Assembly: GCF_006345805.1 (NCBI RefSeq)
Contig: NC_043002.1
Span: 21,948,001-22,012,000 of the forward strand
Reading direction: 5' to 3'
From: Octopus sinensis
Taxonomy: Eukaryota
DNA: 64,000 nucleotides
Program-made: the position numbers and the translations under genes
The notes under the pieces: model-generated
Told to the model about the DNA's origin: nothing
Database searches by the model: none
What the model saw: the letters and a program-made list of their open reading frames with translations, nothing else
Shown: piece by piece, positions 1-10,511 of the stretch
How positions within the stretch are numbered: position 1 is the first letter of the stretch
Layout of the letters: each line of letters begins with the position of its first letter

Positions 1-1390
1 GGTAAACCATTTACTGGGTCAGCAAGGAGATTACTCTAAGTAACATGATTTTCCTGTTCTACTGGGGCAGTAGGGATAGAAAGGATCACTGGGTAAAAAA
101 AGAATGGCTCCAAGAAATAGTTTGATGCCGGGTGACAAGAACATCATTAATGATCCTCTGATTGATAGTAAAAACATCATCTTCCTCTCACTGCACATAA
201 AACTTTGTGTGACTAAGCAATTCCTCAAAGCTCTTGGAGACTGCTTCAGATATATGTATATATGTACCACCATTACAGATCTCAGTAACAAGAAGAAGGT
301 AGGAATATTTGATGGTCTTCAAGTAAGAACACTTCCCATGGATACACATTTTGTCACTACAATGAGTGCAGCGGGGGTTAGAGCTTGGAATGCCTTCTCT
401 AATGTGTTGCGGAATTTCCTCGGGAATAGGAAAGATGACAACTATCAAGAAAATATGGAGGAGCTGTTCTTGAGTTTGCAAGCGCTTGGATGTAGAATGA
501 GCATTAAATTGCACTACTTACACAGTCACTTGGGTGAGTTTCTAGCGAAGAACAAGGAGAACGCTTTCATCAAGACGTAAAATTAATGGAAGAATGTTAC
601 CAAGGCCGATGGGACTCAAACATGATGGCAGATTACTGCTGGAGCTTGATGAGAAATATTCCAGAAACTGTGCACAGGAGGTTATCAGAAAAGAGGAAGT
701 TCTTGCAGAAATAAGATGATCAGAATAAATTACCATAATGAATAGAAAGTTTATATTCATATTTTGTTATCACCAAGCTTAATTCTTACATGCTAATGTG
801 CATTTGTGGAGGCACATGGCCTAGTGGTTAGAGCAGCGGACTCGCGGTCGAGGGATCACGTGTTCGAATCTCAGACCGGGTGATGTGTGTGTTTATGAGC
901 GAAACATCTAAGCTCCACGCGGCTCCGATAGAAGGTAATGGCGAACTTCTGCTGACTTTTTCGTCAGAACTTTCTCTCACTCTTTCCTCCTGCATCTTGT
1001 AGCTCATCTGTGACGGACCGGCGTCCCGTCCAGGTGGGGAACTGCTACTTCTGCCCTGTGAATGCAAAAGGAAACCGTGAAACCGGCCCTATGAGCCAGG
1101 CAAGGCTCGAGAAGGAACAAACAACAATGTGCATTTACACCCACAACCTTGTATTTTGATTTATTGGATAAAAGAAAAGAAGACATATTGTCTATTAAAA
1201 TTTGCATCTACATAAGTTGAATTCTTTCTTAATGAGCATCAAATAGCTCTTTCTAGCAAAATTAAGAAGTTTTACTTCTCAAAAATCTCATTTGATAGAC
1301 AAAATCTGATGCCGGATTTGGACTCAGCACTCCAAAATTAGCTAGAAACCGCTGATAAACCTTGTGCCAGAAAACACGAGTTGACCAGTG
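1..1390 (+). mobile_element. Decayed Chapaev3-like (CMC) DNA transposon, 3' part; interrupted by a SINE at 806-1125
   Basis: Frameshifted transposase PLHIKL..KQFLKAL, GIFDG.QVR.L, NFLGNRKDDNY, LGCRMSIKLHYLHSHL, EEQGERFHQD..MEECYQGRWDSNMMADYCWSL, stop near 712. Ends TTGACCAGTG (1381-1390) then TTA, fitting a CACTG terminus and TWA target. Family name is from recalled motifs. Confidence 0.7.
806..1125 (+). mobile_element. tRNA-derived SINE family A, full length
   Basis: A box TGGCCTAGTGG (817-827), B box GTTCGAATC (862-870), (AAC)n-like tail, perfect 11-bp TSD AATGTGCATTT at 795-805 and 1126-1136. Confidence 0.9.
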
Positions 1391-2574
1391 TTATTGCTCA
1401 TAACGAAGCCAACCCGCTTTAGGCAGCAAACTGGTAGAATCGATTGACAGTTGAATGCATAAAATGCTCCATCTTATTTGTTCTAGCTCTCTACTCTCGT
1501 GTTCAAATCCCGCTTTAAACTACTTATCAGATGGTCACTGATTCAACTTTTCTTTGGAAGAAGAGTAGTTTTACGACGTCTGTTTTACTTTTCTTAACCT
1601 ATTCCTGTCATTCAGAAGCAAAAAAAAAAAAAAAATCTTTCTCACATTCATTTTTTATCAAGTAAATCCAGGTTATGAAACTACAAATGTTGTCGTTTAC
1701 CGGTACGTGTTTAACAAGGAAAGTGGAAATTGCATCAAATATATCGAATGAATATAGAGACAGTTGCAAACGTACAGAAATCTAATCACGAGATGCCTAC
1801 TTTTATTTTATGCAAGTATCGTGGGGATCGAAAAAATGCCCCAACGCAGAACGATGGGTTGGTGGAACTGTTAGAAGTGCAGGAAAAGATGTTTTGCGGC
1901 TTCTATTCTGGCTCTCTACGTTCTGAGAACGACACCTGAGACGACACTGATACCAAGCTATATCGGATCAAGCTGGTGTTCTCTCTTCTGGATAAACATC
2001 GATGCTGTGGAGAAAAGGAGAAATTTACAACGAATTTCTTCCTCGAAATATCTTGCCAAGGCTTACACATACACGTGTAAAATTCAGGGTCAGCTTTGAC
2101 AAATGGATGCTCTATTAAGCTTATCAGCCCTATAAAGCATGTGGAACATAACCAGGTTTGTTAGATACACCCTATGGAACTTGTATGACGTAATATGTTT
2201 TTCCATCGATTACACACACGCAAACACTCACAAAAACACGCACACACACACATACACTCACACACACACACACACACATATATATATGCGGCGGGGGCAG
2301 CCTGACCCTCCCTCAGTTACGATGACGAAGGTTCCAGTCGATTCCATCAACAGAACAACCTGCTCGTGAAAGTAATGAACGAATAATTGAGCCCTCGACA
2401 GACACGCGTACTCTTAATGAAGTTCTCAGAGAGGTTCAGCGTGACACACATTACGGGTACAACACATTTTTGTCAGCTGTATGGACCAGAATAATCTGAA
2501 ATAATGTTTTATTTTTGTTGTTTTTTTACGAATGACGTTTACATTTACAAAAGCGTCGGACAAAATATTTATTT

Positions 2575-2987
2575 ATTTATTACTCACAGGGGGCTAAACA
2601 TTGAGGGGACAAACAAGGACAGACAAAGGGATTAAGTCGATTACATCGACCCCAGTGCATAAATGGTACTTATTTAATCGACCCCGAAAGGATGAAAAGC
2701 AAAGTCAACCTCGGCGGAATTTGAACTTAGAACGTAACGGCAGATGAAATACCCATTTCTTTACTACCCACAAGGGGCTAAACACAGAGATGACAAACAA
2801 GGAAAGACAAAGAGATTAAGTCGATTATATCGACCCTAGTGCGTAACTGGTACTTATTTAATCGACCCCGAAAGGATGAAAGGCAAAGTCAACCTCGGCG
2901 GAATTTGAACTCCGAACGTAGCGGCAGACGAAATACCGCTAAGCATTTCGCCCGGCGTGCTAACGATTCTGCCAGTTCACCGCCTTT
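2575..2987 (-). mobile_element. SINE family C, head plus two tandem body units
   Basis: Reverse complement of the 5632-5864 element; the ~180-bp B-box-to-tail unit is present twice. Confidence 0.85.
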
Positions 2988-3019
2988 AATATATATTTCT
3001 TTATTGCCCACAAGTGTGG

Positions 3020-5500
3020 CATTTATTTTTATTCACCATGAAGGTTAAGACACAGAAGGGACAATACATAACAGACAAAACTTGGGTGTCAAAATGGTGT
3101 ATGGATGTTTGTTCCTTCTCGAGCCACGCCTAGCTCATGAGGCCGGTTTCCCGGTTTCCTTGGCGTATAGGTTCCCCACTTGGACGGGACGCCGATCCGT
3201 CGCTGGTGAGCTGCAAGATGCAGGAGGGAAGAATGAGAGAAAGTTGTGGCGAAAGAGTCAGCAGAAGTTTGCCATTACCTTCTGCTCGAGCCGCGTGGAG
3301 CTTAGGTGTTTCGCTCATAAACACACACATCGCCCGGTCTGAGATTCGAACCCGCGATCCCTCGACTGCGAGTCCGCTGCTGTAACTACTAGGCCATGTG
3401 CCTCCACGTATGGATAATGAAAAGGTGGATACAGGGACGCCCACAATCATGCATTATCAATGATCTTTTAGAATCACTGGTACTTTCGTTCAAGTCATCT
3501 CACACATGTAGTAAAGCGTACACTCTTGTGCGAACAGGTGTTGTCCTCCATCCCATTTTGCCAAACGAAGGAAGACAAGAACCTGCCAGAGAATGAGGAA
3601 ACTTATCACATTCAATCATCTTACTTACACATGTAGCAATGCATACCCTCTTCATTCACAGTACGAGACAGACAAAATGGGTTGAAACAACTTATGATTA
3701 AATAACTGGTGAAAAAGGAACATTGTATTATCTTTTGAGTTCGCTGGTGTGAATTTGTCTGTATGTTTAGCTAGAGTGGTTTATTTTCCCTCGGTGTTGC
3801 TGCTGGTGAAATATCTTCTGTGAATGGATTATATGTGGCTTGTGGGGTGTTTCTTTTGAAATAAGTGTAAAAATGTTTAGTAAAAGTTTCCTGTAATGGT
3901 CCGATGTCTCTTCGGTATTATTCTCTTAAGTCTGTGTATGAGATATTGTCTATGTATATAAATTATATATTTTCCGGTATGTTTGGGTATGTTGGGGGTG
4001 CATATGGGGGTAATATGTTTATTTTTATTCATTAGTTCTACTAAGTTGTTGTTGTTTGTGTTATGTTTATTACTGTACCTCGGAGTAATGGGTTAGATGC
4101 TTGAGTTTTGTGTGTTTGTGTGGGGGGGGGGGGCTTCATGCGGGTGTTTCGGTTGTTTTGCATGTTGTGTGTGTGGGTGGGTGGGTGGGGGTGGGGCGGT
4201 ATTCATCCTCTTGCATCTTTTTTTGACCTCCCTCCAGTCGCTCTCCGCTTCTTCAGATGCGGCTGGAGTTTTTTTTCTGGGGCGTCTCACTTTTGTTGTT
4301 TTGTCTCTTCTCGCGCCATTATTGGTGTGTATTGTTTTGTCGCGGTATTGGTTGTCTCTTTTTAGGTTCCTGTGTCTTTGTCGGTTTGTGTGGGGTTACT
4401 GTAGCGGGTACTATGGGTGCTTTTTATTGTGGGCATGCGGTTTTAATATGCCCTTTCATGCCGCACTTGTAGTACCTTGGCTTTTGTCCTCCCACGAATA
4501 CTCTCAGTGTGGTTTCGCCTGGCAGTAAAATTTGATTTAGCAATTATTCCAGGTCATGCTAGGTGGCCTGGATTACCTGTTCCAAGCATTGGCCTCACCA
4601 TTTCTGCTGGTGCAGCTTGGTGACTTGATGGATGGTGATATTATCCTCCAAGTTTAGCAGTACAGCTGCCACCAGCTACACCACGTCGATCTCCGGTGGG
4701 ATCGCCCCTATTTTAATTTTTGACATCTGCTTGCCTAAATATATTGGCAGCAGCACTAGTTCTATTGACTTTAGGGGAGTTATCGAATACCTCTTGGCTT
4801 TTTTTTTTCGGAGGTGAACCGTGTTTCGACGGTTCCGAAGCGCTTTCCTCTGGCTATGTATGTAATATTTTGTCACATCGTCTGTAGGCATATTTCGATT
4901 GCCTTTTTAGTAGCCGTTTCAATTTTTTCATTTTGAGTGACACGGTTTTGTACACTATTGTTTGCCTCTTTGTGATGTGTATTACTTCTCCAGGTGGGGC
5001 TAGTTTTACATTTGGTTTCCTCTTTTTGTATTAAACTCTTGTATTTCTCTAGTTCGTCTGGACCAACCTGCACTATTTCGCTCGTGATACCACGCGTAGT
5101 TCATCCTTCTATTACCATTCCGTGCTTCAACTCGGAGATCAGTTTCCTCATTTTCTGGCATGTTCTTGTCTTCCTTCGTTTGGCAAAATGGGATAGAGGA
5201 CAACACCTGATCGCACAATTCCTCCAAGAAGAAGTCTGGATCTACATATTGGGAGGCGTCAAATTCCATGTTGTACTGCTCGTGTAAAACTTTCCACAAA
5301 AGAAAACAGCTCGCCCCCAAACAGAGGGAACTCGCACAAAAAATGAACCCGCCAAAGCAGGCAATACGTCCAAAAGATACAGAAAACAGCAAAAGTTGTT
5401 TAACAAAAAACAAAACAAAAACAACGGTATTCCCCCAATGGAAAACTTACAATTTAAACAAGAGCATTGAAAAAATACGTCCTGAATCTATATATATACT
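3020..5500 (-). mobile_element. Decayed L1/Tx1-type ORF1 (gag-like zinc knuckle) element with no visible ORF2
   Basis: Frameshifted reading MEFDASQY..., SITPLKSIELVLLPIYLGKQ..., VFVGGQKPR-YYKCGMKGHIKTAC (knuckle 4433-4474, first Cys lost). C/A-rich downstream region, and a Tx1-like tail near 3020-3090. Boundaries approximate. Confidence 0.6.
3107..3407 (-). mobile_element. SINE family A, full length
   Basis: Homologous to 806-1125; 8-bp TSD GTATGGAT at 3099-3106 and 3408-3415. Confidence 0.9.
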
Positions 5501-5631
5501 CAGACATATTCTTGACCACTAGACAGAAGATAAACTGTTTTTACTTCAAATTTTTCAAATTTTAAAAAATTTTTAGTGATATTTGTTAAGATGAAATACA
5601 TCGAAACCGGTAAAATTTTTGTTTATATGAA

Positions 5632-5864
5632 GGCGGCGAGCTGGCAGAAACGTTAGCACGCCAGCCGAAATGCGTAGCTGTATTTCGTCTGCTGTTACGT
5701 TCTGAGTTCAAATTCCGCCGAGGTTGACTTTGCCTTTCATCCTTTCGGGGTCGATTAAATAAGTTCCAGTTACGCACTGGGGTCGATATAATCGACTTAA
5801 TCCGTTTGTCTGTCCTTGTTTGTCCTCTCTGTGTTTAGCCCCTTGTGGGTAGTAAAGAAATAGG
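5632..5864 (+). mobile_element. tRNA-derived SINE family C, monomer
   Basis: Head GGCGGCGAGCTGGCAGAAACGTTAG, B-box-like GAGTTCAAATTCC, tail ...TTAGCCCCTTGTGGGTAGTAAAGAAA; many copies in the window. Confidence 0.85.
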
Positions 5865-6237
5865 TAATATTTTTGTTTATATAATATTTTATCAAATTCC
5901 CTCTTAAATTGAAATGTCTGAGACTAAATTCTGAGCCGTTTCCACCTCCGTCTTTTACACCATCTTTTATATTACTCTTTTACTCTTTTACTCTTTTACT
6001 TGTTTCAGTCATTGACTGCGGCCATGCTGGAGCACCGCCTTTAGTCGAGCAAATCAACCCCGGGACTTATTCTTTGTAAGCCCAGTACTTATTCTATCGG
6101 TCTCTTTTGATTTATTTTGATTTATTTAGATCTCTAATCTTTTTTCAACTAGATATATAGATTTAGAGACAGGTGTTCTCTGTATAGAATACACTTCGAA
6201 GTGCTCAAGTGATTTGAACTTGAGCAGCTAGAAGAGC

Positions 6238-6529
6238 AAATGTAATGTCAAGCAAGTTAAGCCAGCCGATTTACACAAAATATTAGATACATTTAATACA
6301 AAAAATGTACATGTGTAAAGATATAAAATAGTCCGACTTACACATAATAGAAATGGACTCTTTGGACTTTTAAATGGACTCTTAAAACTCAACCCATTCA
6401 ACTCCTGATATCATTTAGATTCCGTGTAAGTCAGACTGTTTCATATCCATACACATGTACATGTTTTGTATTAAATGTATCTAATATTCTGTGTAAATCG
6501 ACTTGCTTAACTGACTTGACATTAAATTT
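6238..6529. repeat. Fold-back element, ~105-bp inverted arms
   Basis: 6238-6343 is an imperfect reverse complement of 6424-6529 (shared GATTTACAC..AATATTAGATACATTTAATACAAAA..TGTACATGTGTA). Confidence 0.85.
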
Positions 6530-6530
6530 A

Positions 6531-6582
<52 letters not shown>

Positions 6583-6589
6583 AATACAA

Positions 6590-7060
6590 AATGGGACAAG
6601 AACGCAAAATATCCGGACAGCAAGGTGATACAAAAAAGGGACAGCAAAACATCCAGACAGACGATACAAAGAAAATAAGGACGGGTCATTCGAAGCCCTC
6701 TATCCTCAGTCAAGAACCAGATTATCCTCGCATTTTGGCTGATTATTCTTGAGATTGCTCCAATCTGGCCAGCATGAAGGAAAAACTAAGCTAAGAGCAT
6801 TAGATTCCTTGGAAGAAAGCAGCGAATGTATACGAAAACAAGGACGGAATAAACGGACAGTTACACAAATATAAATACAATAATAGATACAATAAAAATA
6901 ACAGGGCATAACAACAGGTGTCTTTCGACTAAGGACGAACTGAATTAAGCTGGCGAGTGTGAAAATGAAGCCTTACGGCAGAGATACAAAAGTTTCACAA
7001 ACACAGGGAAGAATATCGATGTTACACGGACGGCGGTCAGACCAAGAAAGAAATAACAGG
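6590..7060. mobile_element. Interspersed repeat family E, ~470 bp (possibly a Penelope-like terminal repeat)
   Basis: Clear homolog at 38975-39415 (shared GAGATTGCTCCAATCTGGCCAGC...TTAGATTCCTTGGAAGAAAGCAGCGAATGTATACGAAAACAAGG). Class is uncertain. Confidence 0.6.
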
Positions 7061-7837
7061 CTATATATATGTATAAAACACATACACACACACTGTGTGA
7101 TGTAGTATATGTGTGTGTGTGTACGCAGTTATTTTTTGCCCTTCTTTACCGAAGCGCTATGTTATGGGGACGTAAACAAACCAACATTGGTTGTCAAGTG
7201 CTGGTGGTATGGGGGCAGACACGAAGACAAACAGTATGCCTACATGTGACGGCCTCCACACAGTTTCTGTCAACGAAATTCACTCATAAGGCATTGGTCA
7301 CCACCAAGGCTATAGTGGAAAACACTAGCTCAAAGTACAATCTAGTGGAATTGATCCCGAAACTACATGGCTGCAAAGCGAACTTCTTAACTACACAGCC
7401 ACGCCTTCACTTTGTAATTTGACATTTTCTTCCTTATTGTATACTTTATGATAAATATAAGATCCCTGGTTCGATTCCATTGTTTGTCATCTTGGGTAAA
7501 TACCTTTTATAATAGATTCGAGGCGAGCCTAGGCCTTGTTAATAAAACTGGGTGGCCGGAAATAATATAGAAGCCGGTCGGCTAAATTGAACCTGTAATT
7601 CAAAGGTCCAACCATATCATATTGTGTTACTCTGATCCTACTACAATTCACATTAAGGATACACGTATCAGCGGGTTACTCAACCATTTCGCTCGCTAAT
7701 TCCATGTGGAGTTTGTTCAATTGATCGAAGAACTGTATGTTTGTATGTTGAAATCAACGGGAAACGCCATGATACATACATACATACATACATACATACA
7801 TACATACATAATACATACATACATACATACATATATA

Positions 7838-8165
7838 CTATTGCAGTCACTCTATCCAGACTACAAGTTCAGGTTTATACCTGTAATTATTGAGGCACTG
7901 GGATATGTAACACACTGCCGAAATACTAATTTTGAGAAATTAGGCTTCTTAAAATCAAAAATGAGAAAGATGATTCGAAGACTACAAATCCAATCCATCA
8001 CTGGAACTGTAAAAACCTGTAAAACTTTCCAAAAGTTTATCATTTAAGTATATATGAGCATATTTAGATATGCAAGTACATGATTGAGAATACATACTAT
8101 AAAACAAGAAATGCAAATTTGCATATATACATACATACAAAAATACCCTGTTTTTGATGTTGAAT
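7838..8165 (+). mobile_element. 5'-truncated RLE-type non-LTR retrotransposon (C-terminus plus 3' UTR) next to a (TACA)n array
   Basis: LLQSLYPDYKFRFIPVIIEALGYV...EKLGF...IRRLQIQSITGTVKTCKTF* (stop 8045-8047) resembles the end of restriction-like endonuclease domains; second copy at 26580-26902. Confidence 0.75.
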
Positions 8166-8307
8166 CTATATACATATGATACATACACGCACACAGACAG
8201 ACGTGTATGCATACATGCACATCCATATATACTCACATATACACACGTGTATGTATGTTTATTTATATGCACACATATCTGTATTTGTGAGTGTATATAT
8301 CTATATA

Positions 8308-8718
8308 GGCCCAAGAATGGTTGTGTGGTAAGTAGCTTGCTTACCAACCACATGGTTCCGGGTTCAGTCCCACTGCGTGGCACCTTGGGCAAGCGTCTTC
8401 TACTATAGCCTCGGGCAGACCAAAGCCTTGTGAGTGGATTTGGTAGACGGAAACTGAAAGAAGCACGTCGTATATATGTGTATATATGTGTATGTGTGTG
8501 TGTATATGTTTGTGTCTGTGTTTGTCCCCCCAACATCACTTGATAACCGATGACGGTGTGTTTACGTCCCCGTAACTTAGCGGTTCGGCAAAAGAGACCG
8601 ATAGAATAAGTACTAGGCTTCCAAAGAATAAATCTTGGGGTCGATTTGCTCGATTAAAGGCGGTACTCCTGCATGGTCGCAGTCAACTGGCTGAAACAAG
8701 TAAAAGAGTAAAAGAGTA
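8308..8718 (+). mobile_element. SINE family B (tRNA head, CCTTGGGCAAG central motif, internal microsatellite, AAAAGAGT tail)
   Basis: B-box-like GGTTCAGTCC; near-identical copy at 63460-63878. Partial copies near 5972-6110, 7140-7405, 33150-33360, 40505-40670, 41200-41420 and 48440-48720. Confidence 0.9.
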
Positions 8719-8868
8719 TATGTGTGTACGCGCGCGTGTGTGTATGCATACAATGTATTCGGTCTTTATTCGATAGCTTGCATAAAAGAGAAAGAAAACG
8801 TAAGGTCCCATCCCAAAAGAAAAGTATTGAAAAAAGTAACAACTAAATTGTAAGATAGGAGATACAGT

Positions 8869-9660
8869 TTACTCACAGTAGCAGTTTTCAGCATCCACCA
8901 CGTTTGCAGTGGAGTCACATGGCCTATTGGTTAGAGCAGCGGTCGAGGGATCGCGGATCCGAATCTCAGACCGGGCAATGTGTGTGTTTATGAGCGAAAC
9001 ACCTAAGCTCCACGGGGCTCCAGCAGAAGGTAGTGGCGAACTTCTGCTGACTCTTTCGCCACAACTTTCACTCTTTCCTCTTGTATCTTGCAGCTCACCT
9101 GCGACGGACCAGCGTCCCGTCCAGGTGGGGAACCTATAAGCCAAGGAAACCGGGAAACCGGCCCTATGAGCCAGGCATGCCTTGAGAAGGAACAAACAAC
9201 AATGTGCGTTTACAAGACGGTTCCGTAACTTGGCGCAGGCATTCCTCACCGTGTCCTTGAGAAGATCTTCGAATACCTCATCTATATATCGGCCCTTCGC
9301 TCGGGCTTGGTGTTACAGGCAGAGTGGGTGGTGCCTTTTTCAACCGCGCACACAAATAGTAATAAATGAGATTACAAGTGGAGGCCAGAAATTGGGGCTG
9401 GTTAAGTCATAGAAATTCTCTGACCACCACCTCTGACTCTTTCTGGAAGTATAGCAAGCAATCGAGTTCGGTCGTCACACATATGGCCTTCCACCTGCAA
9501 CCTTCTCCGGCCAGATATTGACCATCATCTCTAGCAGCATCCCATTGCCGTCTGAATTGAGCCTAAGGCCCTATTCAACGATGTGGGGAGTTGTGACATT
9601 AACTTCACTGGAGGCACATCTAAAGACCATCACAGTTTGGGCGAACTTGTTTTTCATGCT
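8869..9660 (-). mobile_element. Mariner-like (maT/DD37D-type) transposase remnant, interrupted by a SINE A
   Basis: MKNKFAQTVMVF...GLRLNSDG...GGRPYV*...YTSRKSQRW.SENFYDLTSPNFWPP...DTVRNACAKLRNRL [SINE] NVVDAENCYCE*. Confidence 0.8.
8909..9205 (+). mobile_element. SINE family A inside the mariner remnant
   Basis: Homologous to 806-1125; diverged 9-bp TSD ACGTTTGCA (8900-8908) / GCGTTTACA (9206-9214). Confidence 0.85.
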
Positions 9661-10169
9661 GTCTATGTCACGTTTTACAGCTTTTACAGTGAGCATTGAC
9701 CAGCAGCTTTTTGATAACCGGCGCGAATCATCATGATACAGGTAATTCATTTCCAATATTTAGATGGCTTCCAGTCCTCCATGCCAGGTAACTTTTTCTC
9801 AACTGTGACTGTCATCGTTATGCTCTCCAACGCCATTGACTGTTCACCATTACATCAAACTTTTACTGAAAAAAAAAGAGAAATAGGTGTCAAATTTTAA
9901 CCCTATATATATACACACACACGCATATATATATATATGTGTATATGTATATATTATATATATATGCGTGTGTGTGTATATATATATTTCATTACTAATA
10001 TAAGGGTAAATAATTATTAATTTTAAAATTAACAATTATTACCAGTATGAAAAGAGCACCATAATCAGTAGGAACTTTTAGAAAAAGTTTTTTTTATATA
10101 TAAAAAAACCTGTTGCTTAACTGTTATTATTTATATATATATATATATAATATATATATATATGTAATG

Positions 10170-10215
<46 letters not shown>

Positions 10216-10424
10216 GAGAAATAACCTCTATTAAGTAATTCAATTGATAGTGAACGTTATTATCTATATTAAATCATATAGAAAATATTTAAATATATTA
10301 TAATAAATATTATTCTAAAAATCACTAAATTAAATAGACATTAAATTGGCTGCGCGCGTTTCGTGACTATATCTTTAAATCGATAATAAAATCGATAATA
10401 TAAAATTAATTCGATTTACTATTA

Positions 10425-10469
<45 letters not shown>

Positions 10470-10511
<42 letters not shown>

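Noticed and set aside
806-880. tRNA gene
   Set aside because: A/B boxes continue into a repeated SINE body with TSDs; no complete cloverleaf. No true tRNA, rRNA or CRISPR array was seen anywhere in the window.
1126-1140. Similar 3' flanks of SINE A copies 1 and 3 (AATGTGCATTTAC / AATGTGCGTTTAC) suggesting 3' transduction
   Set aside because: Each flank is explained by its own TSD in a different host transposon.
6680-6720. Hammerhead in family E (minus-strand CTGAGGA...CGAAT)
   Set aside because: No A15.1/UH helix III and no consistent stem I in either copy.
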